From assembly GCA_003344405.1 (NCBI GenBank), contig NOWV01000027.1, forward strand, positions 496,001-560,000: 64,000 nucleotides of DNA, written 5' to 3'. Source of the DNA: Trichoplax sp. H2. Its lineage: Eukaryota. A model generated the notes under the pieces. The model searched no databases. It was not told the origin of the DNA and saw only the letters and a list, made by a program, of their open reading frames with translations. The position numbers were made by a program, and so were the translations under genes. Below, one piece after another: positions 11,401-25,424 of the stretch. Within the stretch, counting starts at the first letter, position 1. Each line of letters opens with the position of its first letter.

Positions 11401-14221
11401 TATCGAATCTTGCTGCGTATAGCGAAATAATAAAAAGATAATTACTCAGTTTATATCGCTTGAGTGCTATAATGTACCAAATAAATCTTTATGATTTGTT
11501 TTTTGTATATATAAATCATCTTGTACTTAGCTGACAGGCTTTATAAGATAAATTTTTAATTAAATTAGAAGATTAATAACAAGTTGAAATACTTAAAGCT
11601 ACGTTGTTAAAATTTTTGAATATTTGATCTCACCATTTTATCTCAATTTCCATTATGATATCTCGTATTATACTATAATCCTCTAAATGTAGTAAATGTA
11701 CTAACCCTAACCAAAGCATTAATTATAAATCCTTGATATACTTCATTAGACCGAATTTGAAGTTATGCATGCAAAAGAAGAAATTGCAAGGCAACAGGAA
11801 AAGTATAGCCGTTTGTTAGAGACAATATCGGAAAGATGTATGAAAGAACGTCAAAACGCAAATGCAGACTGTCAAGTTGAAATACAAGGACTACAACAGC
11901 AGGTATCAATATTAAAACTTACATAGCATGATCGTGTAGCAAATTAGAGTAACGATACCTTTTTAATGCCATAATAATATTTTAGAGCATATAATATATA
12001 TACTACATAGTCCCATATAGAAATAGCTTTTAAATATCAGTTCTATGTTTGATAGATTAAAAGTATGGAAGATATTGAAACCACGTTAAGAAATCAAATA
12101 GATCGACAAACAAGAGAGAAGGTTCGATCAGATTTAAATACTTAAAATGTAAATACTGTATCTTATATCTAAACTTATTCTACCTGTAAAATTTCAATCA
12201 TCAAATAGACCCAACTGTTAATAGATTTAGAACAAGTGCGAAGCCAGTTAATGGCAAAAGATGTTGATTCCAATCAGCTCTTAGATAAAGTAAACTCCGA
12301 GGTATCACTTGCCAATATAGAGCGCAACAATGCCCTCGATGAAGCCGCATCGTTAAGACTAAAATTAACCCAAGAGCGCAAAGAAAGAGAAAGAAACGAT
12401 ATGAAACTAAAATCAGAAACTGAAGGTTTACAGCGTCGTTTAAGGACAATTGAAACTGAGCTAATGGCAAGTAAAGATAATTCACTACAACTAACCCAGC
12501 AAATAACTAAACTTGAACAACAGGTAAAACTAATATACTATCATGATTATCGCCACTTCTTACAATGACGTTAATCATTTTTTTTTATCATCATTACCAT
12601 CAATATCTCCATCATGTTTGTTAATATCGCCATTATTTCTTATGATCTTGTTATTTACAGTATAGCTTAATCATAATCAGTATCACTATCGTCATCAATG
12701 TCTTTGTCATTATAAGCTAAAACTGTATGAAAGTAGAGTGTTTATTCGGTTAGCTGTCTGACCGTGGTCTATCTTCCTTCGTTAATAATCGCGTGCATAC
12801 TACATACGGTTAGAATATGTGCAATTCAATAGCATTAGATACAGATTATTTTAATTTTACCCACAAAGCACAATAAGATACACGTGTAATACTTTAAATA
12901 TGAATCATCTTTTGAATTGGCTTTACTTTACAATGTAAAAAAATTCAATTATAGGCGTAGCTTATATCTATCATGCTATATAGACATTGTTGAGTTATTA
13001 ACTTATAGCACCGGTATTTTTACTTATATTATAGTATCACAGTAACTTTTTCATTTAATATACGGTATAGTCTATTCAAATTTCCACCGATAAAGATTCA
13101 CGAGAACGAGGTTATGTTGAAGAAATCAATAAACTGCAGTCGTGGTTGAGGAAGCAAGAAGCAGATTACATGACTGCAGCAAGAAAAACTGAGATAGAAT
13201 ATCAACAGTCTAAGCAAGAATTGCAAAATATTCTAGATGGACAAATTCATGTCTGCAATCAGTGGAAAGATTCATCAAATCAGCTAGCAGAACAGTTGCA
13301 GGAAATCACGGATAAATACGGGTATGATTGGTAAAATTTCTACCTTATTTGTTTATGCATTTGTGGCAAAATAATGCTATGGCATTCGAATTCTAGCAAA
13401 AAACTGGAAGTAAATATTTTCTAATCAATACAGGATATGTTATACATTGTATTGCATGGTTAACTTACTGTATTTTATAGTTACGCATTTCATAGCTAAG
13501 TCTGCACATACTATTTGAATTCTTAATTAATATAGACACATGAAAAATCAAAGTCAAACTCTTGAACGTGAATTACAAGAAAAATTACATTATGCAAATA
13601 AGACTATTCAAGACTTGGGAGATTATTCTAATCAGCAGGATAAATTAATAAGTTCACTAAGGGAAAGACTTGAAGAGGAAGAAAACAGTAATCAAAAGTC
13701 AGCAAATCAGGTAGACAATTAGCTAATGTTTAGTGTCTTACTACTATCTATGACTATCATATAAAGCTATTTTGCCGTTTGTTAAATAATAAAATACAGA
13801 TGTAGCTAGTTTAGTGATAAACAGATTGCCCTCTGTTAACGAATGAATAAGTCTGTTCATAATTTTGTATACTCTACTTTATGTAACTATACAATATACG
13901 ATTATATGATCGCAAGTAGTAGATCGAAGGAATAAATTAACGCGTAGTATTATTAAAAAGTTTAATTAAGTCGATGTTGGATCATCCGAAAACATTAGCA
14001 GACGCCATTTACTGTACAACGTGCTTTTATCAATTATTGTTATTATTTTCTTTCAATTCTAGAATTTCGAACTACTAACCAAACAAAGTAGTTTATTACG
14101 GGATAGGCAATTACTAACGGAAGAAATAGAATATTTAAAATTACAATTAGCTGCAATACCCGCCGCTATCCCTAAATGGGAAACTACAAATAACGCTAGT
14201 ATGATATCAGGAAAGGAGTAA
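8434..14221 (+). CDS. SDCCAG8: Centrosomal/ciliary coiled-coil protein SDCCAG8-like, multi-exon
   Basis: Spliced frame starts MAKYQQSSQF... and contains VDRLTSERDEAL...KEVAMYKQIKNCVETMETMQMEKKE, QIDRQTREKTQLLIDLEQVRSQL and C-terminal NQNFELLTKQSSLLRDRQLLTEEIEYLKLQL, resembling vertebrate SDCCAG8 (ERLVKERDDL, QLLSKQNQLLLERQSLSEEVDRLRTQL); stop TAA 14219-14221. Some N-terminal exon boundaries are uncertain. Confidence 0.8.
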
Positions 14222-15020
14222 AAAACCGTAGCTTATTACTTTCATAATTATACACTGTACCCCGAATTGAGAAAAATTTTCATATTTTCTGTCCTTTCTG
14301 AGCTAATTCTATACAAATTTGTAAAGAAATAGCTGATAAAGTATAGTAAATATTTGTTCCGTGGTACAGTGTAATGATTAATTATAGATAAAGAATTAAT
14401 TTATCCTAAAGTTACTATATCATTGATCATACTCATGGAACTTTGACATGTTATCATTTAGTCAATATAACAATACCAATTGATAAATGAAATGAAGAGT
14501 AAAGATTGTCCATGTGTAATAAGATTCTATATTTATTGATCTTAATCTATGTAATGTTTAGTTTTTTATTATAATAATATTCAAGGCTCGGACGAACCCG
14601 AGTTAACATGGCAGTAAAATAGAAGACGGTTAATTTTAAACAAGCATTCTAATATTGTAAATAAAGATGATTTATGGTTAGACCTGAAAGCGTTTGCAAT
14701 ATCTAAAATGTATGTATCCTAGTGTATTTTGTTGCCGTTGCACTGCAGGATGCAGTAGGAGTATTTTTTATTACTTATTGTACTGTATAAATGCTTTTAT
14801 ACTTTCTGGAGCGCATCATTGACGTTGTCAAGAATTCATTGAATTATTATTGTTTACGACTGTTGTACTTGTATAACATAGACTTTGTCTTGTTTATTAT
14901 TAAAATGAGAAAGACTAATTTATTAGCAGGTTAAATTCCATTTCTGTGCTATCCAATTTATTAGTGTCTAATATATATTATCTGCAGCGATGGGTTTATA
15001 TTAAGAATGTTCATTCTTAG

Positions 15021-15532
15021 TCAAGGATAGGACTATAGATTAGACCCATCATTCCTGCTGTGACATTGATTGGAAAGTTAGTGATAGGTCTTGGCATAAA
15101 TCTATATATTACATACCCAATTAATGTATTATTTTATTAAGTTAGGTAGTATTTGCAATAACTCTGTAAATTCTAGAAATAGCTTGTATAGTGTAGTGTA
15201 GTGTGATCTTCCAATATTTGTCCCTGCAGCTTATAATACTGCATATAAACTACTCTAACTTACAGTAAGTGTTTGCTATAGTAATTAGATCTGTCAAAGG
15301 TTATGATCGATTCTGTGATAAAGGATAGGACTGTAGACTAGACCTATCCTTCCTCCTGTGACATTAATAGCCTAGGCTAGTGATAGGCCTTGGCATAAAT
15401 CTTTCATTAATAATTAATAAATATATTATTTTAAAAAGTTAGGCAGTACTTGCAACAACCTATATACAGTAGACCGCACATAAATTACTACAACTGACCG
15501 TGTTACAATAGTAATTAGAGATGTCAAAGGTT
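15021..15532. repeat. Diverged tandem duplication (about 300-bp period)
   Basis: aaggataggacta/gtaga...gacc...tcctgtgacatt...agtgatagg..ttggcataaatct occurs at about 15023 and 15321; agttagg.agta.ttgcaa and atagtaattaga..tgtcaaaggtt are also duplicated. Confidence 0.85.
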
Positions 15533-15973
15533 CAGTTTAAACCGATCCATAGTGATTAATTCTATGGAAGAGGGCGAATTGAACGATATAAGACCAGATG
15601 TAAAAGTAGTGGTACTAAAATAATATTGCAGATATTCGCCATTCTGCCTAGTTAATCCTGTATGGGTTTAATGTGTAACTTGACTGACAAGGTCTGCTGT
15701 TCAAGTCACTAAATTGCTTTAGTATAAGAGCGATTCATCCCATTCCATTCATTTCGTTACGATTAAAAAATTGCGATTTTAATCGCTATCATGCAGATAT
15801 TCAAGATAAAAGTTATATCATTCGAAGCAGTATTTCCCACTGTATTTGATAGTATTAATAAAAGTAATCATTTCGTAACGATTTATGCATTATTTCGGCC
15901 ATTTGTCCAGCAGCGCTCTGGCACCACCGGAGTAGCCGGTGAAACAAGGACGTCCATCACAAGACGAGATTTG

Positions 15974-16000
15974 ATTGGCTGAAGCAAATTATGGCGGGAA
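15974..16000 (+). promoter_or_regulatory. Putative POLA2 promoter: inverted CCAAT box (ATTGG 15974-15978) and E2F site (GGCGGGAA 15993-16000)
   Basis: Consensus motifs in a GC-elevated patch about 150-180 bp upstream of the POLA2 ATG; E2F control of replication genes is well established. Confidence 0.55.
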
Positions 16001-16151
16001 CCTCCACTTTAAAGGAGGAGTAGACAGTACCCATCCCGAGCATAATGTACTAATAATTACTATAGCGCTCTGGCCTGTGTACCGTATAGTACCGTCTAGT
16101 TCATTCTCAGATACCGCAGCGAGCAAGATGGTTCCACCGGCTGACCAAACG

Positions 16152-19100
16152 ATGGCCAAGGAAACTGTGCTAGCAACCAAATTAGTTGCTGAATTTGAGA
16201 GCTTTGGCGTTATTATAGACGATCTAGGAATCATTGATAATTGTAAGATATATTATTGCTGTAGCTGTCTTAATTAGCTGTACTTATTGTCATTTAATTT
16301 GATAAATAAAATATAACTAAGAGCCATCTCGATCGTGGAGTAGGCTAAGGGCAAAAACTTGTACATGTACTTTCATAAAATAAAATCATCTATGCGGAAA
16401 TAGTACAGTAAAGAAGATAGAAAGCTCTTTTTCTACTATCGAGATAAAGATATTGTACGGAAAATAAAGAAGAAGTGTTATACGGTATTCTTAGTGTCGT
16501 AGATTTCAATAGGAATGGATAGATCACAAAATAAACTATACTAGTTAGGCTATGACCTCGAACAATTCGAGTATGGATGTACTTCCATTTTAAGCGTACA
16601 TACCTAAAATCCCAGATCTCCTATATTATGAAGATGATAACACCTTAATAAGATATATGTCTCTCCTGTAATTGACCTTGCAAACTGTAAGAGTGCATTC
16701 AAAAATCAGTTCTACTACCTCATGATGCTCTTATGTTTAAGATTGGTTGATATCAACTTCATAGGTATGCTGCATATACCACTCCGTACGTTTAGGGTAA
16801 TTTGCCTTACCAAGTAGCTTACATCTCTTGTGTGATGGGGATAATAATATGTTAAAAGATAGGTTAACTTTTGCAATTTACCTTACAAACTGTAGTACTG
16901 TATTCAAAATCAGTTTCCGCTGCGCCTCGAGTCTCTACGTTTAAGATTTATCGATATCAACTTCAAACTTTTCAAATATCAATAGCGATATGGACGTACA
17001 GTGTGGGACACATGAAGGCTTATTTACTTTTCTAAGTAACTAATATCTATTTCTGATACGATATTACATAAAGCTATATAATAACATCATCTATCGTTAA
17101 AATTGCGCACTAGTTTCATTCAATGATCAAGTAATTAATATCCAACGATAAGAGACAATACAATTTAATAGTAAGCATATAGTATACCAAGTACTTTTGC
17201 GAGACCACCCAGGCATCAAGTTTTGATGCATGCTCCACACTGCCTTACTTGTTAAATCTTTCAACGCTATCTTTCATCAGTGCGAGCCATGTGCAAATTA
17301 TATAGTTTGGACGAATCTACTATGGTTGACGAGTGGATGGCATTTGCATGTTCATCAGGAAATGATATTGAAATTACTCACTCAGCTTTGGAATCCTTCG
17401 AGAAGGAGGTAATATCTGCTTGTTATTTATAATGTTCATATTGACAGATTTTTAAAAGTTACTTCTTAAAATTATTTTATATTCCCAATAAAATTCTATC
17501 TTTCCTTTCTACTATTTCGGAAATAGTTACAAGAGAAAAATTCTAAAACTAAACAGACACTGATACGCAGAACTGCTGATGATGATACCGTCTATAATAA
17601 GGACTGCATTGATCAACTGTAAATATCACAGTGTTATATATATATATACGTATGTCATTATTTGCAGCTTTCAGCTTATAGATTAAGCATTCTTGCATCT
17701 AGACTCGATCGGGAAGAACATAGCTTAATTGATGCTTATTGCACACCAGAAATGAAAGCGGTGAGTTTACAATCGTCTCGATCCTTACCTTTTTGTGGAG
17801 AATTTTTGAATGAAATGCTTGTCCTGTAATAAAATTGAAACTTCTTGACGTTATCTCCTGTGATATTAATCCTATAGAGTAAGCGATTACTAAAAACTCC
17901 AGAAAGTGATAGTAGAAAGCTAATAAAAACCCCTTACAAAAGAACTCCAGCAAGTCAAATCTTTTCGCCTAATAGTTATTCTCCAAATATGTAAGTTATA
18001 TCGCAGAAATAAATACCTTAGAATACATAAAAAGTGCAGTATTACAAAATAGATGACTTATAGCATTGATACAATCATTTCTTTTAATCGCGTATCTTTC
18101 TTAGGTATTCATCGCGTGGCAATGCTGGTGAGATTTTAGCAACATTAAACATGTGCGGAATTAATGATGAAACTATCAACTGGAAAGGACATGGGATAAA
18201 GACTAATGTAACTGCTGCAGATCCAGATCAATGTTTAGATGAAGGCTACAGATACATGTTTCAAAAAATATCAGAACGTATTGAAGGTAGATAATATTCC
18301 GTTCTTCAAAAAAGAGATAACGATGCAGTATTATAACAAACCGTAATCAAAATACTCTCCTTACTTCGTTTTGTAATTACCTGTAAATTATTGATAGAAC
18401 CACTTTTAATTTAAAAAAGGTTAACGCAAAGTAATCCTCATTTTTATGAAATCTAAGAAGATCAAATACAGATTAAAATTCTGTAGTCACTGAAATATTG
18501 ACATGAGACGCATTTAAATTATCGAATTTTGTTTTATATTTTTTTTACCGATAAATATTTCCCTTTGTCAAAAGAAATTATTATATCTGACTTATTAACG
18601 TAACAAGCTACAGAGACATGCTATTGTAAACAACTGATTTAATTATGCCATGTGTAATTTTATCGCAACCCTTAGTTACTCACTGAATGATAGTACTATG
18701 TGCTTGCATGTAAATAGATGACTTAATATCCGTAAAATTGCCTTGACTGTTCTGCATCCTCATACTTTAATACGGTATTACTTCCTAATAGCATTACGCC
18801 ATCAAGTAAGTCTTGTCGCAGAGCCTCTCCAGGAAGAGCACGGAATTCAAGAATTAGGTTATGTCGACGTGCCTTCTCAGGTTAATGAAACTCGGATAAG
18901 ATAAATAACCTGCTGTTGTATGTTCATTAATAAACCTTTAAAATTTTACTGGTACTAATTGACTGTTGGAATGTCGTTTGGTGTCAGGTAGTCTATATTT
19001 TCTAACTTAAGTTTTTGTTAGGATGGAACAACGGTAATTGGCCGCATTGGTTGTGATAGCAATGGGCGTTTAAATGCCGCATCTTTAGTTATTGCTGGCT

Positions 19101-21199
19101 ATAACCCTAATCGAGTTTGTAGATCTGCGACTCCACTAAATGTAAAGGAGCTATCTCATTTTTCCTTTTTTCCTGGTCAAGTAATGAGCGCACAATAATA
19201 CTTTAATATTATTTAAATAAAATGCAGATTTGAGACTGCTAGCATTTTTTGCGTGCTATTATCTTATATGTTCCTTATTATGCCGATATCAAGGTTGTTG
19301 TCTTAGATGGTAAAAATCCAAGTGGCAATGCTTTTATCGCTAGCAAACTGTATCAGGTATGGCATATTGCAAGCTATTTGATGATTGTATACGAGAATTT
19401 CTGAAATATCTTCAACGCGATCATTCTAGGGTATTGCTCTTCCATTTAACAAGATACCGTTGGAAAAAGCAAAGAGTTATTACCCTAGTGATGGTATTGC
19501 ACAATTATGGTCTAACAATTTCTTAACTCATGTTCTTGCGAATAAAACTGATAAGAAATTTTTCGCCATATAGACTCTCCCATGAATATTTTAGTTGCAT
19601 GTGGACCATTCACTACAGCCGATAACCTACTCTACGAACCGCTGTCTGATTTATTGAAAGTCATTTTAAACCAGCAGCCCGATATTGCAATTTTGGTATT
19701 ACCCTAATATAATTTAGATTTACAGATATCATATAACTAGTCATGTATATATTATTTAAACCGCTTTAATATATTCTAATTGCATATCTGTTATATCGAT
19801 AGTGCGGTCCCTTTGTTGATGCTAAGCAGGAGTTAATTAAGGTCTGTAATTTTAAAGAGATAAATAGTTATTTTTATAATGATAAGTATTGGTCATTTAA
19901 ATAAATAATTTCGTGAATTATCAACTTTTAGCAAGGAGAAATCAATATTAGCTATGAAGACTTATTTATAAAACGGCTGAGCGAAATCATTGAAAACGTT
20001 GGAAGGTTGTAACGAAATTCCTCACTTGATGTTGCATGGATACTAATTAGACCAGCTAATAATTGATTATAATCGTATGATTGTTTTTCTTAAAATTATA
20101 GAATCTCTACATCTGTAGTGTTTGTCCCTTCGACGAGGGATGTTCATCATGACTTTATCTACCCGCAACCACCTTTTACGCTGCCATCTAGCCTAAAGAC
20201 TGCACCGGTATGCTGTGCTGTATAATATTGTTCTTACAGGCTTGCCTATAATTATAATTAATCAGCCCCTGCGAAGCGTAAGACATTTATTAAAATTATA
20301 GACTTTGTGTTTGTTCCGCAGGAAATTCATTTTGTGTCTGATCCTTGTACACTAATCGTTAATGATGTTACAATCGGACTCACTTCGACAGACATACTCT
20401 TTCATATGGGAGCGGAAGAGACTGCTAGGTGCACAAATAGTAGCGATTACGTTAGCTGTATGAAACACTCTAATTTTTCACTATTTGAATATGTGTGTTT
20501 GATATAAATTATATTTTGATCCTAGTCCACCGGGAATGTCTGATAGAATTGGAAGGTTACTGAAGCATTTAATCCATCAAAGAAAGTAAGCTATTGAAAT
20601 TCTACTCGATGAGATTTGAAATCAATTGCATCCATTAACACAAAGCTGTTTCTCTACATCTATGGTTGATATGTAAAAAGCTACTATCCGCTGTATCCCC
20701 CCTCAGAAGAGGTCAATTTCGATCGCGAAAATTTTGTTAACTTTGGCTTTATGCCTGTGACTCCAGATATTTTAATTGTTCCTTCGGATCTTCGTTATTT
20801 CGTGAAGGTATTCGTACTTAGAAGTTGTAGATTTACGCTATACTCAGTAAGATATTTACATCTTTATGACTGAGAATTCCAATGAATTGTAGGATCACGA
20901 GAGTACTTCCTTTAGACTATAATTTACGCTGCTTCAGCTAAACTATTTATAACGATACATCATGCCTACTTAGCATTTGGTAACTTTACTTGCCACTACG
21001 AATATTGTATGACTAGAGATTAGTTAATGTAGACGTTTTTTATTATCGTCAGGACGTGGAGAAATGTTGTTGTGTCAATCCTGGTCGCTTAGCTAAAGGT
21101 CAAGTTGGCGGTTCATATGCACGTATCGCAGTCCTGCCACCCAAAGTAGCAAATCAGCCGGTCATTGATCGTATAGTCTCTCAGGTGGTTCGCATTTGA
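16152..21199 (+). CDS. POLA2: DNA polymerase alpha subunit B (POLA2), about 18 exons
   Basis: Exon 1 MAKETVLATKLVAEFESFGVIIDDLGIIDN (16152-16242; in-frame ATG also at 16128) splices to LRAMCKLYSLDESTMVDEWMAF (17281). Downstream motifs: GRIGCDSNGRLN, SFFPGQVV, VACGPFTTADNLLYEPL, CGPFVD, VFVPSTRDVHHDFIYPQPPF, YYPLYPP, TPDILIVPSDLRYFVK, CVNPGRLAKG; ends SQVVRI* (TGA 21197-21199). Confidence 0.96.
16670..16965. repeat. Diverged ~90-bp direct repeat pair (about 205-bp spacing) in POLA2 intron 1
   Basis: aatt.acctt.caaactgta...attcaaaatcagtt...tgtttaagatt...gatatcaacttca at about 16670 and 16875. Confidence 0.75.
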
Positions 21200-22025
21200 A
21201 TTACATCTGCAGATTAGGCTTTATGTATATCTGTAGCCCACATTCAGAGTATTTCTTTTATATCAAGCTAATGTCCTGAATGACATCGTTTTACGTATCA
21301 TGCGTTTGAAATTTGATTATTTCCGATGTTGACAACCTTTTTTCGATAATATACAAATTACGGTATATGATAGATGCATGATGAGGTTTTTTGAGTAGCA
21401 ATGTGTGAAACTGATAATTTCTGGCAACTGCCTGTGCTGTAATTGAATTTGATATGATAAATGTAAAAATTATCATTTATCTGCTGATTTCTATCACAAC
21501 ATCATGTATGATAATGTCTATATAAGAGTAAATACTAGTTCAGATATTAGTTGAAGTTATAATTAGCGTAGATTGACCTTGGCAACTTTTTATATATATT
21601 GAACGTAGAATTTGTAGTAATATCATTTTTTATTGGTAACCTGCATTAATGACTGAAAAATAATAACATATCGTATTAATAAATTCAACGAATTTAACTA
21701 AAATATTTAAGCATCTTGGTCGCTAATTTTAATTTACATTTATAGTTTGCATGTTATACTTAAAACTGGTACAATTACAATCGATCATGGAATCGTTATT
21801 TTGCTATACTGGATTAATCTCAGAAGATGACCAGCTACAAATCCCTCTTATAATTAGCGACGCAACCTATATATCTATACTTAAGTACGGGATAGTAATG
21901 ACTGTGTACACAGCCACAGCAAATTAGGCTTAAAGTCCTATTAAATAGAGTGGAATCGCATTTCATCAAAGACAGGTTATATCTGTCTGTATGGATCCGT
22001 AATCTTAGCGAAAAGACCAATCCGT

Positions 22026-25000
22026 TTAATCTTCCTTATAACGGTTATCACTATCAACTTTGGCCTATTGATATGTTGATATCGATATAAGTGAACGAAT
22101 TAGGAAATAAACAAAGTTGTCTTATTTTACTTGATAATTTATAATTATATGACCTAAAGGATTGAAAAAAAATTGATGAGTTCGTTTTCATCCGTCTTAC
22201 CTGAAGTTTAGAATGTTCGCTCAACAGTCGATCATATTCACGATTAGTGCCTTCAGCTTGCTGCTTTAATGCTGCTAAATCTACCTTATTTTTCTCTAAT
22301 TCTAACAATAACAATCAGGCAATAATACTTTACTTAGTCTACGTAGATAGACATTTTTAATTATTTATCATTGCATATCATTTGGTGCACTAATTCAATT
22401 TTACATTTCACAGTTTTATGTATCATTTACCCTGGCGTGTTTCTTCCAATTCATCTTGTAACGCCTTGAATTTTGATTCGGATACCTCTGAATTTGAAGA
22501 GGCGTCGGAAGATCCAAGTTTTTCCTATTGTAGTGTTATAGTTATAATTGTAATCACTATTAGCAATCAAGTGTTATCAATAGCACGGTTCATTCTACTG
22601 CTAAGAAAAGGGAGAGGTGCTTAGCAGGAAAATATACATCCAGTTGAGTAAATTACCGTTAATTCCTTGTTTTCATCTAGCAACATCCTACATTGTTTAG
22701 AAGCACTTTCCGCTTGCTTGATAGCCGCCTCCTTTGATGCTTCAACAACCGCAGCGGAAGACATTAGGCTGGTTATACGCCGTAAGAATCTACATTTTTT
22801 TAGAATCGGTCAGTTTCAAAATGGCAAATCCAATAAGAGAACAATTTTATATGAGGTATGTGATATCGGACTCCAATATATTAAGACGTCATAATCACGT
22901 ACAATGCATGTTTTTATCAAATAAATGTCTAGTGCGAATATGCAATCGATTCCTTCTTTCGAAAGGATAGCGAATGATAAAAATTAATTAAAACTGTAAT
23001 CAATTTGTTAAGTTATCATTAAAAATGAATCTGGAATTGTAGCTCGGTTACATACAAGAGGCAAAGTAAAGCAAATCCAGTGATGTAATAATTCCGTTGA
23101 GCTCGATGTAGTTTAATCTGTAGCATCAAATTGTCGTGAATTTTGTCCGAGCCTTGACCTCTTATTTTAGGATCCTTCATCATTTCTCTGATAGAGTCTG
23201 TTGACGAAAAAGAGATTGATAAATACCAGCATCATACGTATATGTCAGCGGATACAAAAAGTTATATTGCAAGTTAGATTAAAATAGAAAGTTATCTAAA
23301 TCGCAAAGAGAATACAGCGGTTTGTCGATATTACGCTAGTAGAGCTGTATGCTAATACTCGTACATAAAATAACAACGTATCGTGCCGTTGGTAAATATT
23401 CTATCACAAGTCTTAGTAAAGATAAACATTGAACAACCTTTATGCACAACTTACAGAATGCGACATTAATCGATTACTTATGCCTAAAGGTAAAAAAGTG
23501 TCAATGATTTATGCAGTCTGATACGGTGGAACCTACCTAATAACAAGATGATTAGAAACGCAACACATATGACGAAGAGCTGGTTGCCATAACTTCTGAT
23601 ATAAGTAATTATTCTCGATCGTAAAATCTTGTGCCAACTAAATGAAGAAATACGCATAAAAGAGAGATTAGAATAATGATTGCAAGCACAGAGGCGTATT
23701 ATTATACCTCTATGATTGATTGGAACATTGTCCTTCTAGTGTAGCAATTAAATTCAAACAGAATCATCACTCTTTTTATCGAATAAATTATTGTACTGTG
23801 TCATTGAATAGTCAAGACGAGATGTTATGGATTCATGATTGTGAGTAAAGAAGGAGTTTCTATGCCTCTATCATTGAAATAAGATCATTCTATTCCATTG
23901 GTGTACCGTATACATATATCTTATTTCAATCGTATTATCATTCTTTATCGAATAATCAATTGATTGTACTGGGCAATATGCAGTCTAATGAAGACAAGAT
24001 TCGGTTCACGATTGTAACTATAAAGGCGTTTGGTGATTGAACTATAGTAGGAGAATCGTATAATTATTCTACTCCATTACTGTACAAAACATCATGTATT
24101 GAATGATCCAGTCTAATCGACAATTTTATCCATCTTGTATACAGTTTATTATGCCTCTGCCATTAAAATATGGTGATTCTACTCCATTCCTGTCGATAAC
24201 TAATTTCAACAGTAGGATCACACTCTTCATCGCATAATGTATTGCAGTCTTGGACATTTCCATCCACAAAAATGTATACGGAGAACAATTTTGGATGTTT
24301 TTGTCACGATCATTAAAATAGGATAACTCCATTACTGTAGTGTCGATATTGGATTTCAATTGGAAGGTCACTCTATATCGTATAATCTATTGCAGTTATG
24401 GGCATTTCCATCCATAATGTAGAGTAAACGGAGGAGAATTTTAGATGCTTTTGTCACGATCATTAAAATAGGATGACACTATTACTGCACTGTCGATATT
24501 TGATTTCAACTGGAAGGTCACTGTTTATTGCATAATCTATTGTAGTTATGGACATTTCCATCTATCTGGCAGAGGATAAGTTTTGATGTCTGTATACTGT
24601 CATTAAAATAGGATGACTCCATAACCGTACTGTCGATATCTGATTTTAAACTCGTTCTTCATTCAATAATTAATCTACTGCACACTATGTCCAGTCTGAT
24701 CGACAATTTCATCCATCTTGTCTACGGAGGATAATTTTGGACGCCTCCGCCACTGTTATTAAAATAGGATGACTCCATGACTATAATGTCGATATCTGAT
24801 TTCAAGTGTAGGGTCACTGTTGATCGAATAAGCTATTGGCCAGTATGTCCAGTTTGATCGATCATTCCATCCATCTTGTCGACGGAGGAGAATTTGTGAG
24901 ACCTGTGGCAGTGTCGGTAAAATAGGATTTGACCTCCATGACTGTACTGTCGATATCTGATTTCAACTGTAGTAATCCTCTTTGTTGAATAATGCACATT

Positions 25001-25184
25001 GCTCAACAATTCAATCTCTGAATCTTGTATACAGAAATGACAACGTTGTGCTTGATGTAATGACATCATCATGCTCAATTACTCATCCTTACCGGCTATA
25101 GGAGATAAATGGAAGACATAATATTAGTAGTACAAAGATTTCGGTATATAATACACCAGCAGCAATATTCCACTGCAAGCCCAT
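22026..25184 (-). CDS. BCAP31: B-cell receptor-associated protein 31/29 family ER membrane protein, 7 exons
   Basis: Exon 1 MGLQWNIAAGVLYTEIFVLLILCLPFISYSR (25184-25093), then RWHKILRSR...LLLDSIREM, KLHRAQRNYYITGFALL, AAIKQAESAS, ALKQQAEGTNREYDRLLSEHSKLQ and last exon AKVDSDNRYKED* (22064-22026). Confidence 0.94.
23745..24975. repeat. Degenerate ~150-bp tandem repeat array (6 clear plus 2-3 eroded copies) in BCAP31 intron 1
   Basis: Anchor (c)attaaaataggatgactccat.actgta.tgtcgatat.tgatttcaa recurs at about 24161, 24311, 24461, 24601, 24758 and 24918. Confidence 0.88.
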
Positions 25185-25424
25185 GGTTAATTAAATACTT
25201 TTACGGATATAATCCCAATTTGAGAATCCAAATGGTGGAATGGATCGCGATAGAAAGAATATTTGGTCGATAACGTAGTCAGACGAGTTGGCGATGACGC
25301 ATTGAGAAGTCAATGATCGAAGCGGTGTCGATCGCTATGACGTTGGAAGAAAAAATGACGCTCTTGCAGTACGACTCAACACCGTCAGTTCGACCCGTAT
25401 CGGTTGACGATGAATCATCTCATC

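Noticed and set aside
8434..14221. Alternative identity as SCLT1 or a generic coiled-coil protein
   Set aside because: The ERDEAL and C-terminal LLTKQSSLLRDRQLLTEE segments fit SDCCAG8 better, although I could not find the vertebrate CLKC motif.
15791..16234. Overlapping ORFs in a GC-richer patch suggesting a mobile-element fragment
   Set aside because: Explained as the POLA2 promoter and exon 1 (coding from 16128/16152 to the donor at 16243).
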